A stretch of DNA of 64,000 nt from Balanoglossus misakiensis (Eukaryota; Animalia; Hemichordata), in contig CM082578.2 in the NCBI GenBank assembly GCA_040954595.2, positions 11,725,166-11,789,165 on the forward strand. Reading direction: 5' to 3'. Under the pieces are notes generated by a model, which made no database searches, was not told where the DNA came from, and was given only the letters and a program-made list of their open reading frames with translations. Numbering within the stretch: the first letter of the stretch is position 1; the number at the start of each line of letters is the position of its first letter. The position numbers were made by a program, and so were the translations under genes. Of the stretch, positions 38,801 through 53,800 are shown in pieces.

Positions 38801-41800
38801 GTCTGAGACAGGTGAACCATACAGCTCTGGTTGTAATAACACACAGGAAGTACGAAAATACCTTGCTCCCCATGTACACTGTTCATTCTACAAGTTGTCA
38901 TGCACTGAATAACAAACATATTCACTCCAGGGGAAAACAATACCTGATTAATAACCAGCTTGCTACAATATTGACATTTCAAGAATCCCTGCAGACATCG
39001 AGACATGGACAGAAACTATTTAATTTCGAAAAAACCTGGGAAACATTCTCCCTCTGCCCTGGAACTTAGGTACAAAAGGTTTTGGAATGACAATTGCTTG
39101 CCCCCCTTAGGGAAATAGGCAGCAAATGAGTCTAGAATTGATAAGTCTATTGAAATCAATCAAAGGACAATGCACAGATGTACAGCAACACATGCCAAAC
39201 AGATGTGACTGTTAAGTACGTCCATCGGATCCTGCCACTGATGAGCTATCGATCCGCTGGAGATGAAAGCTCTGTATTGTCAACGCCACAAACGATCAGA
39301 AACGATCTATCCGATAAATGCATTCATACATAACTAAGAGGAAAATATAACCGATTTTAGCTAAATACAAGTGCAGTTCAGAGGACCCTCTCACTCTTTT
39401 CCATGAGCTGCCACTTGTAACATATTTTATTAGATACAAAACTTACACCTTCTCCTTGTCAGTAGTCAACAATTCCTTCAATTTTCTAGATCCAAATTAC
39501 CAGACAAACAAACATCTCTAACAGGTAAGATACATTTGCAGACCATGGCTGGTCTATGCTGTATTATAATAGGCCATTAGTTAGTGTGAAGATTAAATTA
39601 TGCAGTGTTGTGGAAAGCCTGCACTGCTACTTGGGTGCTAAATATCATGAGCTCTCAGGGAACCACTACGCTGTAACGTGTAAAGACCTTACGATTGTCA
39701 GAGTTCAAATGTGTAATATTTTTGTAAAAATAATTTGTTTATCCTGTTGCATAACGTATATTTCATACATAAATGATACAGAGTCATAAACAAGCAAATA
39801 AATAAATAAATAGGTGTACACAAGTCAATTTAATACAGTACAACATTATTCATCAGTCTTTCCCAGAAGGCAAAATATTTACAATACTGTAGTATCAAAC
39901 CTGTTAACCCTTCCCATAAATCAAAACACTACTAGGTCTGCTATTTCTAGCTATTCTCAATGCAATCCTATGGAGAGAGAAAAACGAACGCGTACACATT
40001 TACGCAGTTTACAAGATAACGTTCTGTGCTCACATCCTTAAGACGATGATTTCTGAGGTACATACTACCTCAAACAAGTTCCATGAAAGCACAACTGTGT
40101 AGTTCAATGTAAAAGTGTAGTTCAATGTGAAACACTTCAATATTTAATGTGTGAAATGGCAAGAACCATTCAAATGTGATCGGTGTAAGCATGAAAATGT
40201 GTCAAGAGGACATCTTTTCACCTTCATCTTTATTGCCGACAATGACACAGGCGACAATGCCAATGATACAACCAGTTTCACTTTTTTATACACCTTGAGT
40301 TTGGAATGTGAAAGACTTCACCACAGTCACTAAGCAAGCTCTCTCAAGATCAACAGACTTCAAGTGGTGAATGTGTGGTGTATACAGAGATACACCAAAG
40401 TTTCTTCTAATGGAAATGATGCCATGATGTACCAGTATAATTCTTTGATAGAAAATTCAATTCAACTGATTAAAATAATGGATGTGATACCAGCAGATCT
40501 ACCAGAGAACCTCAGACAGTGTCTGCCTCTACAACGCACAGAACATTCCACGCAAAATATACATGTCCATTGAACATGTACGACCGACCATGTCGCTGTT
40601 TTCCCTTATTTTTAAGTCCTTAATCTTTGGATTGATTTGTACAGCTGACATAACAGTTCTTATTGCAACTTTTGACTCACATTAAACAAAATGGGCTCTT
40701 AAAACCAATCCCCCTAACAACACACGGTAGGCTTTCTCATGCTAAGCTGTTATTTTCCAAAACATTAGCATGGTTAACATTAATATTTCATTAATATTTC
40801 ATCCAAATTTATTCTGCAGATAACCTGCACTTTTACACAATGGTGCACATTGATACATTAGGGACGAAAATAGACGAATGATGAATATCTTTGCCGGAAG
40901 TAAAACAAAAACACAGACAAGCATAAATTATTCATTCAATTTTTTTACAGTTTGCCCTGCAAAGAATGTAAATCTCATGCATGTTACATGTAGCTAACTA
41001 CAACTGTGGCAAATTCTAATAAAACTTAAAAGGTGTGCTCTCTGTCTAGCTCACTCACCTTAGATGCATTGGTTCTCAACAACAGTTACTATTGGTGAAC
41101 TCATTTCAGCCAGCAACACGCAGCTGGTCTTTGCCGTATGCATACAGTTAAATCAATACAGGTAATAAATAGCAGTACATACAATTTGTACATCCATCGA
41201 CAGAGTCAAAGTACTGGTACACCATTCGATCAATCAGAAAGCATTGGGATCAGGAATGTGTGCAATTTGAATGAAGTTTTAAGATGAAATATTGGTGTCT
41301 CGGGCTTGGACTAGATCTGTCTACTAAACATGCCTCCATGCTTGGACTCAGGGTCATTGCGATTTGTAGAATGAACCAGTACAGTGACTGAACATTCTGG
41401 TTGACATGTTTCAACCAATTTTAGCACATTCTTGCTGACAGCAAAATAATATATCTGTTGCCAGCTCTCATCATATTAAAATTTGTAGGTTGGATTTACA
41501 TCACTGATTGCATGGTACTATACTGACGTTGAAAGAATTGCACTGTAGAAAGTTTTAGCAAATTTGGTCATTCCATTGCTCTCTCTATACTAGTCAACCA
41601 TTTTATTATCATACATAAAGTGAACGTCTGAGGTGGTTTTGTCATTCATGTCTGTGAGATCCATTGCAGGCAAATTATCAGTATATATGTGAAAACACAT
41701 TTCGGAAAGAGGAGACTAAATGACTACTTCTTTTGACAAGAGAAACTCTACGCTTTAATGGCGCCTTCCATCCTGTCGAAATGACTTACTGTTAAGACAT

Positions 41801-44800
41801 AATACGCACATTCTCAGTTTGATGGTACCGTGATTACTTGCAATTGGATGTGCCTCTCAGATAACAATTTTTTCCTAATATGTGCTGAAGTTCCAATAAC
41901 TGAACGCAGTACATGTATAAGGCCTCTGGGCTTGGTGTGCATTTTTTGCGGTTTCCCTTTAATTCCATTGCATCCAATCAGCGCGATCAATGAAGTGAGC
42001 CAGGGCAAATTATTGTCTTCAGATGTCATTACTTCATTCTATCAAAAGAGCGAGGCAGTCAGTGCGGAGAGGGGGGGGATTGGGGCACGATGACGACAAA
42101 CTGACGTCTTATCGAGTCCTACCAGTCAATCTGGTAAAAACTTATCTCGGTCCGAACCCTGAGGAAAGTAAAAAAGCTTTCTTCAAAACATGACTATCTG
42201 GTGACGACTTGACACAGGCGGTTCAGAGATTTGCATTAATGCACATGCACACCAGTAACGCCGTCGCTCTTCAGTTCCACTTGGATGGTGGCATAAAGTA
42301 CACACGGACCTGTTTAATTCAAGCCTCACTCATTCACTTGGAAAATTGTTAAATTCGATCGGACATAAAACCAGGAAATCCCTCTGCTGAGATACGTACG
42401 CTGAATAGAAAATGTCGTACTCTGAGGGGAATCACACCAACTATTAAAGCTAACACTTGGGCAGCAGTCACAATGCCTCAACAATGGCGTTTTCCATTTA
42501 GCGGGAAGCAATTGCATTACGAGTATGGCAGCTGGCGGAGAAATAAATTGGCATAAAAAATCTTCATGGCTCAACAGAATCGTCAACATTTAAGTAAATC
42601 AAAATGCACTGTGAGAAGGTGAATTCACCAGAGTGACACCGCGCTGAAGTTTAACTTTTACTTTTCCTGTCATGTGACACAGATGTATTTACTGGTGTTT
42701 CAAGTGCAATGATTCATAGTTGTGTGCGAAAGCATGTTTTTTATCATCACTTTTGGAGACTGAATGCTTGAATGTTACATTCTGAGGTGCACATGCTTCT
42801 TTTTTCTCCGCCCATCTGCGTAATATGACGTGTCTGTGTCTGCAAATTGGAATCACATCCAGCCTCATACGTTCAAATTGATCGGACAGATCTTGGGGGA
42901 GATAACAGTCCTTGTGGAATGACATTTTGACTATAATTACATTCTTTTCTTACATTAAATTACTAGAGGACTCCATTTATCATTCGCCAGTTAAATTTTA
43001 CTTTTCCTGCCATATGACATATGTGTTATCACAGGTGTTTCAAATACGCTCATTTGGATTTGAAAACTTACCCTATTTCTCTCCTAAAATTCAGGATTCA
43101 AGAATTTATCTCTGATACACAAAACAACAGCAATATATTGACTCATCACACAATGAAACCAACATGATACAAAGGTACATTTAGTATATAAAATTATTAA
43201 TTCAGAACATAACTCAATTTTATTCTTGCTACTCTTTTCTTCCATAAAAAATTACATGATGATGTGGTTTCCAGTTCAGCAAGTAAGACTGCTTCAAAGA
43301 TTTGCATGATGTATAACTCTGCTTGCAACCAACGTACCACAGACACATGTGGCTCTCTCTCTTCATTCCTCATTAAATGATATTCAGACAGACCAGTACC
43401 ATTCCAAAAAAAACTGTACACTCCGTCACCCCTTGCCACATGATTCTCTGCTGGACCAGACCTCTCCCACAATTCCAACCCACCACACACAAAGCCAGAT
43501 AGATGGTGCAACTATCGCCTGCAGATCATGTACGCTAATAACAAGTACGCTGATTGATGATACTAAATCAACCCTTGTATTCGCTATAAATTACCATACC
43601 TGTCTGATAACCAAGAATTTAATGACACATTTCAAGAAGATGTGAGTGCAGATCAAATGCTCCCACTCTGTCCTGAGCGGAATGTGGCAAAACGCCTAAT
43701 TAAGTCACCCGTCTACCATCTACTTTAAATGGCAGTCATCTCATATAACTTAAAGCACCGCGGGCAAACGTCTTTAGCATGGTCCCTGGAAAGAAGAAGT
43801 CTTACAACTGACCACTGAGGAGGAAGAATCATTTGAAACGGAGATGACAAGAATCACAATATCATGTCAAGAGAAAATGTCACACCATTGAAATGGATGC
43901 AAATTACATCCTGTCCAGATTAAAGAGATGCCCTCAAAGCTTTTAAAGATGCTAAAAACAGCATGTTTCCTTGATAGCTGTTACATAAAATGACAAGTAG
44001 TCTATTAAAGCGGAGAATTTTGATCAAGGACTTTCTAGTTCTACTGCAATTTTACTGGTATTGCGGGTGTACAGTACACGCATGTATGGATTACTTTTTT
44101 TTGAGCTACACCGCATCACCCGCGAATGTCATTCGGCATCTGATTACGACCTGGCCTTGCCACTTGTTTGTTTCCATTTTATCGCACTTCCTATCAATCA
44201 CCTGCACATTCCCCCACAAGGATTTCTGGCGGTCACCATCAGACACACGTCCCCAAACTTTATCAATCAAATTAAGTTGAAAGAGGCGACAGATAATCAT
44301 ATATACTGCTGCCTCTTTTGGATGCACCTCTGCGCGCAGACACTGATCTCTCTGTTGCCAATTTTCCAGGGATTTCTCCACAAAATAATCCTCCTTTTAG
44401 TACAAAAACTGACCAGACAACCAGGATAATAAAAGGAAAATAAAATGCTCTTGAATATTTTGCAAAAAATTTTTAAATTATCTGTTCTCCGTGTCATTAG
44501 CAGACGTAAAAGATACTTCCAAGTCCAAATTTGGCAAACGAGATACAATGACTCAATGCACCACCTGTACAGGTGCATACATGGTTGGCAAGCGACACAT
44601 TGACCATCAGATGATATGGTCGCTCGCTTCTCTCTGCACTCTGAGTCTCCAATGATTTACAGAAACAATCACGAGAAGATAGCGGAGAGACAAAAATCTT
44701 CACAGCAGAGCAAGACAGCACTATTCCATCAGAAAGATTCATTGGAGGTCGTTGCGCTGCCCACACACTCAGCTCGTGGTCTCTTCACAATCACGGAATA

Positions 44801-47800
44801 CAAATGACTTGTTGTATAAAACCTGCATGAGACAGCAGCATATACATGTAGCTGACAGCAGGTGAACTTGGGTTTATGGATAATACTCGGCCATATCTCT
44901 TCTCTGCAGGTCAAGTCACCACCCACTCTGTATATCATAGAAATGCACCACAGAGATGCATAAAAGGAAAGACCATCGTTTCATCAGAAACTCCCACACG
45001 GGACACTGGATTCAAAAGTGGACCAGGTCAAATGTTAGCAGTAAATCTAGCCATTGGAACTGGTTGTATATAAGAATTATCAATACACCCATAATAAGAG
45101 ATAATGGTATTAGAGTTTTAGACAGGGTTTTGTAAATTTAGCTCACTATTAGACTGAAGCAAGCTAATTTCATTCTCCTATATTAGACTGAATGTCTGCC
45201 TATTAGTTATAATTTGCCGATAAAGATTGGCCATGAAACATCAAATTATGGTATTATCGCAACACGGGTATTAGCCAAACGTCATCTTCTGAAAACCTTA
45301 ACGAGCAATTAGAGGCAAACTTGACACCATTCTGACCGGGTCGCCAGTTGACAACAATCCACCTTTAAGTACTGCCGCCAAACATCTTGTCTGGGATTCC
45401 TAAGACATGACTGAATGAAATTTAGTGTAAAGCAAGAATTACACAGAAAGAAATGCTATTTGTCACACACGCAGTCAATCACTGACACGAACCACTGCGA
45501 AACTCGCTGGCTCGATAGTATTAAACAGACGCTACTAGTTGGAAAGAGCAATTGACTGATAACCGTACAAAGTAAGCCATCCCAGACACATTGACTTGTA
45601 ATAAGGAATCGCGGGCTGGATTAGTCGATTTGGACCTAAAGCCAGCTAATTTAATTTCCTCTAGCTTATCATCTGCTTCCCAGTGGAATGAAAAGAGGAG
45701 AAATCAGGCACGGGGAACAAGCGAGCCTCTCATTAATTAAGTGCAACAGCTGGGATAATCGGCTCCAATTTGCCCTAACAGCGGGCTGCTTGCTTTTGTG
45801 CTGTCAGCCTCGATTTTTTGAAGCAAGTGTTTTCGAGGAAACGCAAAAATTGATGAGGCAACGGATTCACGCGACGTACAACTGGGAATCTCTGCACAAT
45901 TCATCTTGCGCTCACAACATTCTTCAAGCAAAATATCAGTCTGTGACAGTGACCACAAAGTACAGACAGAAATAAGCAAATCTCTTGCTGCTCTATTTGC
46001 GTTTTCTAGTGTTTCATATAGTAGGGGAAAAATTCTGTTGCTTCTTGCCCTGATTTACATGTATAGAACTCCATCATAATTAGGTGAGACACCATCATAT
46101 TTTCTACCAAAGAAAACATAACAAAGTTACATGCATCTTACAAATTACACAACGCGAAAATAACCTTTTTAAAAGGTGTCCAATTTTCATAACAGCTATG
46201 CCCCTACTTCTGACACCCCGACCGGTCTACCTCTATCAGAAGTCCTGTGGCATGAATTCAATTTTTCTAAAAAATGAGAGCTTGAGGGGAAATGTGTCCA
46301 TACAGCTGAGGGGTTGGGGTATTAGAAGTCAGAATGGATTATGTCATTCTCCTACACTGTTTATAACATTTCAATAGTTGCTCTAGGATTTCTGTAACTG
46401 AATACTGTTAGTTTGTAGTGTGGTGTCATTCTGTACGCACTCTCACACATTAAATTTTTTATTCAGTTTGGAGTTTCTATAAAAGTGAATCATGCCATAC
46501 ACAGTCTCACAAATTAACCAGAGTTTTTTTGTCAAACCTCCTCAACAGTTTCATCTTCATGTTTCGAACAAAACTGTCTACTCACTTTAAAAACACAGCA
46601 TGAAAAAATACAGCAGAAAAAAATACTTCACAAGAGTGTTTCCTTAATAAGATTCATGGTGAGAGTGAACGTCTTCAAGGTATATTGTGTGCAAATGTTC
46701 GTTTTTTCTTGTTGGAAGCCTCTTTTCTCACAAGAATACAGTGCCATCAATCGAAGAGTTAAACTGCATCAGCACATCATGTATGTATGCAAGTGCTTGA
46801 ACTTCAACTAACGATCAAGCACAATACCATCCAAATACATGTACAAAGAAGCATTATGAACATCATGCTTGTCGAGTAAAATATGTGTCCAACAAGGCAA
46901 CATATTTCGATCGCTCGATCTGCCCTGAATACTCTGTTTGCCACAATACCTCCAATCGACACTTTTACAGAAAGATGCGAGTAGAGAATTTTCCCTTACA
47001 ACTAAGCATGATACACATGGAAAACATACTGAGATGTGTGCATATTCCCTCTACAATGATCATTTGATATCTTGTCCGCATAAACAGTCAACACGACACA
47101 TTCTTTTATACAACATGTACACGCACCGATCCTCTTACCAGACTTTGTGCGTGAGAGTCTCACAATAGCATACCCATCTAGTCTTACAACAGTATCAATG
47201 TACAATGTAGCTCCACACAGACGTACACAAACCTGTCACAGAAGGATGGGTGATAAAAGAGGTCACCGTGCCCTCTATAATGTCAATATGATTCAACTCT
47301 TTCACTCGTATCCCTCTTTCACTGGTGCAACTTTACCATATGATGGATTCAGACCAAACCAAAGCGGTGAAAGGGTTAAACCAGAAATTCTCTCTGAGGC
47401 AAACAAATGTCTATTATATTATACCAGTATATCGATGGTGTAAATCACGCTATTTGATTGGTCGAGACACGACACGTGACCGTGATATATTAGCCATATA
47501 CCACAGTCATATACCATAGTCAAAGAAAATGCCTTTTTAAAATGTTTGATGCAAAGTTTCAATATACTGGCATAATATAATAGCAATAAAACACCCCCAG
47601 CCATGGTATACCACTCGATTTTGACCAGTTCAACTCCATATACACACTCGCTATCGCTCGTGCGTATATGTCGTGAACTGGTCAAAATCTCGTGGTATAC
47701 CATGGCTGGGGGTGTTTTATTGCTTAAATATTACATTGTTACATGACGACACGAGTGAGATTTGCCCTTGTCTTGTCATTTGCTATGAAATTTATGGGGG

Positions 47801-50800
47801 GGGGGGGGAGAGATAGTTATCATCTGTTCCGACTTAATCACGCTAAGCCATACTAAAATTATTTCACATCAAAAATACAACAAACACATACACAATCGGT
47901 AGAGAAAATACAGAGTAATCACATTGTATTTTCGTTCTGCACACGTGACTGATGCCAGCTACATGTATGTTTGTTGTTTTATTGAGAATAAAAGGTGCTG
48001 GTAGTTTCCGAGGAAAAATGCCACGATATTTTCTTTCTGTTAAACATGCATGTACCTATTTTTTTTTTAATTTCCTCGAACACAAAGAGCAACATTAAAG
48101 CTGACCATATATGGCAGATGACCTTAAATTCGACCGAAATCGACCCATTTAATTGCTGAGGTCACAACATCACTTTCTAACTCACTTTATCATATCTGGC
48201 GCCAGGCTTAACAAACTGAACGCACGGTCACAGCTTGACGATCATAAAGAATTAATTCAGACAATAGAGCCCTGATTAGCTTTTGAACATGGGAAAGGAT
48301 ATCTGCAAATTATCATAAATACCACTTTTAAAAACTGGTTATTAGGATATCGACACTAAACTTTTGCAATATTGATGAACATCATGACCATGTGGCATCT
48401 ATAATTTCAACTTTTCATTCCAAAATGAATTCTTGTGGAACAGACAATAATAACAGCCAATGCAGACCTTCACACCTGAATGATGGCTGCATATCACTTT
48501 AAAACTACTAGTAGATTCTGGAGAAATCTTAATGGTACGCTTTTAATTATGATTAAAAGTGGTCGACATCGACATCAAATCTCCTACCAACAGAAATATT
48601 TTTAATTTGTTTTGACATTAATAGAAATCCAATAGCCCCGTGTTCTATGAGAAAACATTTAATTATCAGTGATGTTTGTTTGATTTCCTCCTAAACCTGG
48701 ACCGCTAATTTCCCATTCATTACTTAACTGCAAACTATCAATGGGGCACTCATGCAGTTTATAGGTAAAAGAATAACGCATTAAAAACACCAACCTGCAC
48801 ATTTTGTGATCAAATTCAACTATCCTGTACGCATGTATGTGTACTGGAGTTATATACATGTATTGTGTATCACTATCATTGATTTTCTTAAAAGGTTGTA
48901 ATCCCAACTCCGGGAATTTCACTTGTACAAGCAATCTTACTGACCTATGATAAATCATTAAATGGGTTCAAACTACATATCAGGTTGCATTGTGGGTTCT
49001 AAAAAAATTAAACAACGCTGTATGAAATATTGCCAGCATAGTTCTCAACTGACATTCTGCACAAGACCATGGGTCATCAAACAAACAGCTCTGAGCGCGA
49101 TTTCATCGTGGCATACATGTACATGTACAAAGCGTAGGTTGTTGAATTATTGGTGTTCACAGTCCACTGCAAAGACAAACTTTAATATTTGCAAACAAAA
49201 ACATTACTGAAAATGTCAATCCAGGGGTGGAAAAGAAAACTGTACAAAAAAGGCAAGGCTCGAGTTCTATTAATACTCTATAACACCTGTACATAATATT
49301 ATCCTTTACTAATACTGGTCAACAAAATGTTAAACCTTTAAGGGGGGAAATGAGACGCATATGATATGTCATGTATGCATAAATGGACATACAAAACAAC
49401 CTCTATAATTTATTACAAAAGCCAATGATACTGAGCTACACAGTCATGTACAATGTATTATACATAATACAAAACAGAGGTTATATATGAAACTAACTCA
49501 TCTGAACCATCTCTATTTAGTTTAACACTGTGGCTGAACCTCTCAGGTGAAATCAAATATTAAGGTCACCGCCAATTATCCAGCAAAGTTTATTTTCCAC
49601 ACAAGATATCCATTTCAGCCCCAAATTCAATTCCGGTAATAACAGCCCGCACGACGACATGCAGACACTGTTTCAGCGGTGTCAGCCTTGCAAAACAACC
49701 TCCAGTTACTTCAGATTACGAGTTTCAATAAATCAATACTTGGTTAGATTACTTTCCTCCCTGTTCATTCTCTCACAAATTTGATTGAAATTGATGCTGG
49801 TATCGTGGCGAGTGAATTATGATACATATATATTGAAGGGGCTTTGCTTTCCTTTCAGACAAGGCAAAATATACTTCTGAGGCTCTGACAACCCAACTTA
49901 TATATATTTTTTTTTTACATGGACCTACAAACCCTAATGTGAATTAGCATGAAAGTAGAACAAAATCATAAATTCAAGCAAGATCTAGACAGTGGAAGAT
50001 TTTAAATTGATGTCACTGTATTTTGTGACGTTATGAAGGAATTGCTCTCAGCTGTATTCCGGATGCTTTCATAGTACAACACAGGGGGGAAATCTGTACA
50101 AGAAAAATTCCCAACCTACATTCATACAAAGTACCCTATTTTTGAAAAATATGTCATCACTACCAAATAGCTTTTCCCGTTGGCCTTATTTTGGAACACA
50201 AATGTAAAACAGCGTCTGCTGATGGATTTGTGGAAATGAAATTGCATGTGGACATTCCTTAACACTTCTCTGAAAAATTAAATAAAAATCTATGATGATG
50301 TATACATACATCAAATTGTACAGCACGTCTGGAGATTATTACAATATATTATAATGGGGGAGTATTGACCCTACTCTTGCATGTTTGTGATCTCATTCAA
50401 TTTACCAGATTACTTTGAATTATTTATTTATAAATTTCACATAACACCCAGTGAAGGTCTGATAACTTGTCTGAATACTTGAACAAAATTGATGACTGTA
50501 TTAGGATTTTAAATTCCTGTAAAAATGCTTCGGTAGAAATACGATTGATATATACATAATATAATTTAATTACTTCAAGTTAGGTTTTTGCAGAAATATG
50601 TAGAATATTTTTTCCATGCATTCTAGGTTGTTGTTTTTTTGTCTTTTGTCTTTCAGGTTATTTACCTATCTTTGCTTTTCTCCTGACTGTACGTCTGTTC
50701 AGTAGATATTATGAATTCTTTGATAGTTGTTCAGAGAACTAAATTACATGTCAAATAAATTGCTGGATCTCACAAGTAGAACGCTGGTCGCTGGAATGTC

Positions 50801-53800
50801 TGATGATTTCAAGAACAACATTGCAATGTGGAAATCTGAGAATCAAGAAAATTGCATCTCTCCTGCCTTTGTTCCTGGCTCTGTCAAAAAAAGAGCCCAG
50901 CATGCCGCATTGAACTTGCTAGCAAATGGCCGTAAACCCCTGCTGAGAGAGCTGATGTAACCGGCCAATGAGATCTTCTTGTTGATCATATTACTAGTCA
51001 AGATGGAGCTAATTACCTTTACATTACCACCAGTACCTTTTCCTTGACTGTAACCTTGTCCAATCAACAGCAAAACGTATATAATTGACTTCAAGGGGAA
51101 CGCCAGTTACACGTTCTCAGCAGGGGTATACTTGTAAGCTTGCAAGTTCAATAATGCCACACCCAACTCTGCTTGAAGCTTTTCTGACTACCCGGGGTAC
51201 TGCAGAATTGAGCTACACATGGATTTTGGTTAATTATTTGAAGCAAATACAGACCAGTCCTGAATGTGACACTTGACTAGTAGTTTTGTGCCTATATATG
51301 AAGTCGTACATTCTTTCCTCGTCCACTACACAAACTTAAGAGCAAACGTGAAAGAACGTACAGCTATTAAGACAACTATTTGACCAGAAACACATCCCCA
51401 AGAGCAAAGGACATGGTAACCATGTCAAAGTAATCACAACAGAGATTCTGGGCAGTGTTTTCAAATTCAGCCTTTAATGTTGACGGATGAAGTGATTTTA
51501 TTGAAACCATCCAACTACAGGTTGGAACATGCAGAGTTATTGGTTGTAAAGAGTGCCCGCCGTGCAATTCATACACAAAACACGCGTGCATCCAAAGACA
51601 TCAATCAGTATAATGGTCGCGTTAAAATTCATTCACAGCCAAAAATTTCATAAGGTTGTCATGTCAGTGGAAAACAGTTCGACAGACTTTGCTGTTGTTA
51701 TTGCATTTGTGATTTCAAGCAGCGACTCCATAGCATCAGATTGACTCGAACATTATTAAATCACTCACTACATGGCAATATGTGGCCATCTTATATGTCT
51801 AACATGCAGTACTGTGCATGCATGAAGTTCAAAGTCTTTACATAAACGTGAAATTGTTCGTTCTCGACGGTACCTCGCCATCCATAAAACGTTCACATTC
51901 TGGTGATTCTGAGATCGATCACTGTACTCCACGGAGTCATTCTATTGCGAGTAAAAGAACGCGAACTAAATTGCAGTACGCTCAAGATGAAAGGGGACCG
52001 GAAGTCAACAAACTGAAGCCGACTGATGGTAATGTAGCTGGTGTGCAAACGCCATCTTCCACGAGTTTTCTCTGTATTTCTTTTAAGTAGATGCTTGGCT
52101 TCGTCTTCTTGTAATATTCAATAAATCGTAACACGTTTTGAGTTACAACTGGTGCACAGCCGGCAGAAGGTGTAGTGTACGAAAAGTCACCCGTGTTGAC
52201 AAACTTTTGACAAATGGTACATACGGTCGACTTCGAAATGCCGATCGCGCGTGATATCTGTCCATATGACCTGCCCTCGAGGTACATTTCCACAATTTTC
52301 TCACGTACAGCTTGTGGTGTTGGTATACCGCCTTTCCCGCGAATCATGTTTTATTGTCCACTAGCAGTTCGAAGACAGAGAGCAAAAGGGAAGGACTGGA
52401 CACGCACGCGTAGATAAAAGTCTTGCTTTAGCAAGCAATGTGAAGTGTAAGACGATCCTCTTACGACACCCGTAATACCCCACTGTTAGTATTGTAATCA
52501 ATCTCGATATAACCTCTTTGAATTTACCGCAACATCAACAACTGGGCGCCGAAACTGAAGTAAGATAAGGAACAACTTGGCAAACCAAATGTGCAAGTAT
52601 GGTAACATTTAGATCAACATTATCGTTCGAATCCAGATGGGAACGATAGTAATGACACTGATGATAAGACACCTTTGGAACAGACTGTGTCCCTAACCTA
52701 TGCTGATCCTGGCAGTTTTCGCAGTTACATGTACACATTGTGAGAGGAAAACTACGGCTGGTTAACTACGTCACACGCAATTAGTCGACTGGACCTCTTC
52801 ATTCTCCTGTTCTCTGGAGTTCCACTACAGAAACCATGGAAACAAACTCCGCCAATTAACACTCAAGGTCTGAATATTGAAATCCGTCATTGTAAACTTG
52901 CTCAGGATACGCGCTTCCTCTCTCGAGCACACAGCTCCGACTTTTTTTCTGTCAGCCTCATGCATCAACAAGTTCACGCTTTGCACTTAACGCATTAAGC
53001 AAAATGCCCGTTCATTTACACTGTGTTTTTCAGAACGGATTATTCAGACCCAGAAATATACACACATAAAAATTGATCTCTTATGTACTGGTATGTTGAA
53101 ACTGACTTAAAGGTTACACATAATCATATCACCTCTTCAAAATTTTATTTTAACTATCATAGTTCTCGTAAACTCTGTCAGAAGAATGCTGCATTCGTCA
53201 TAACACGTGACTGGGTATTTTAGCAAGCAGGAAGTACATGCACATGTAATGGTAAAACTAATTTCGTGGAGATAATGTTTGCAAGATTCCCTGGATTGTC
53301 CATCAAAACAATGTATAAGCACAGTCAGATAAAAGCAATTACAATTGTAAATCAACACTGGTTGGACAAATGTTCTCTATAATCATATCAGAAGTCGGTA
53401 TCTGGTTGCACTTTTTGAGTGATCACAACGATCGATGTTACCGCAAAACCTCTGATGTGCAAGTATTGCTACAGATAATGCTTCAAAAGCCAACCTTCTT
53501 ACAGAAGGTCCCAGAAGAGAGATGGCCAGATCTCCATTACTCTCATTACAAACCTAATCAGTTGATGAGACAATTAATTAGAGCTTCATTAAGAGGCAGG
53601 CCAGTAGGGAACTCTATGCAATTGTAAAGACAGGTGCAACAGCACGCTAGGGAAGGAGAGAGGGAGGGATACATGGACACCTTGGGCTGGGTGTGGTTTT
53701 GTCCAGTCATTAAATGACAGGTGTGTTGAGATAACTATGGGGACCTATCAATAGAGTGTCGAAAGCAAGGAGTGAATTCAGACGATCATCCACCATCACG

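Noticed and set aside
41059-41130. Consensus minus-strand donor AAG|gtgagt
   Set aside because: No convincing acceptor or homologous peptide.
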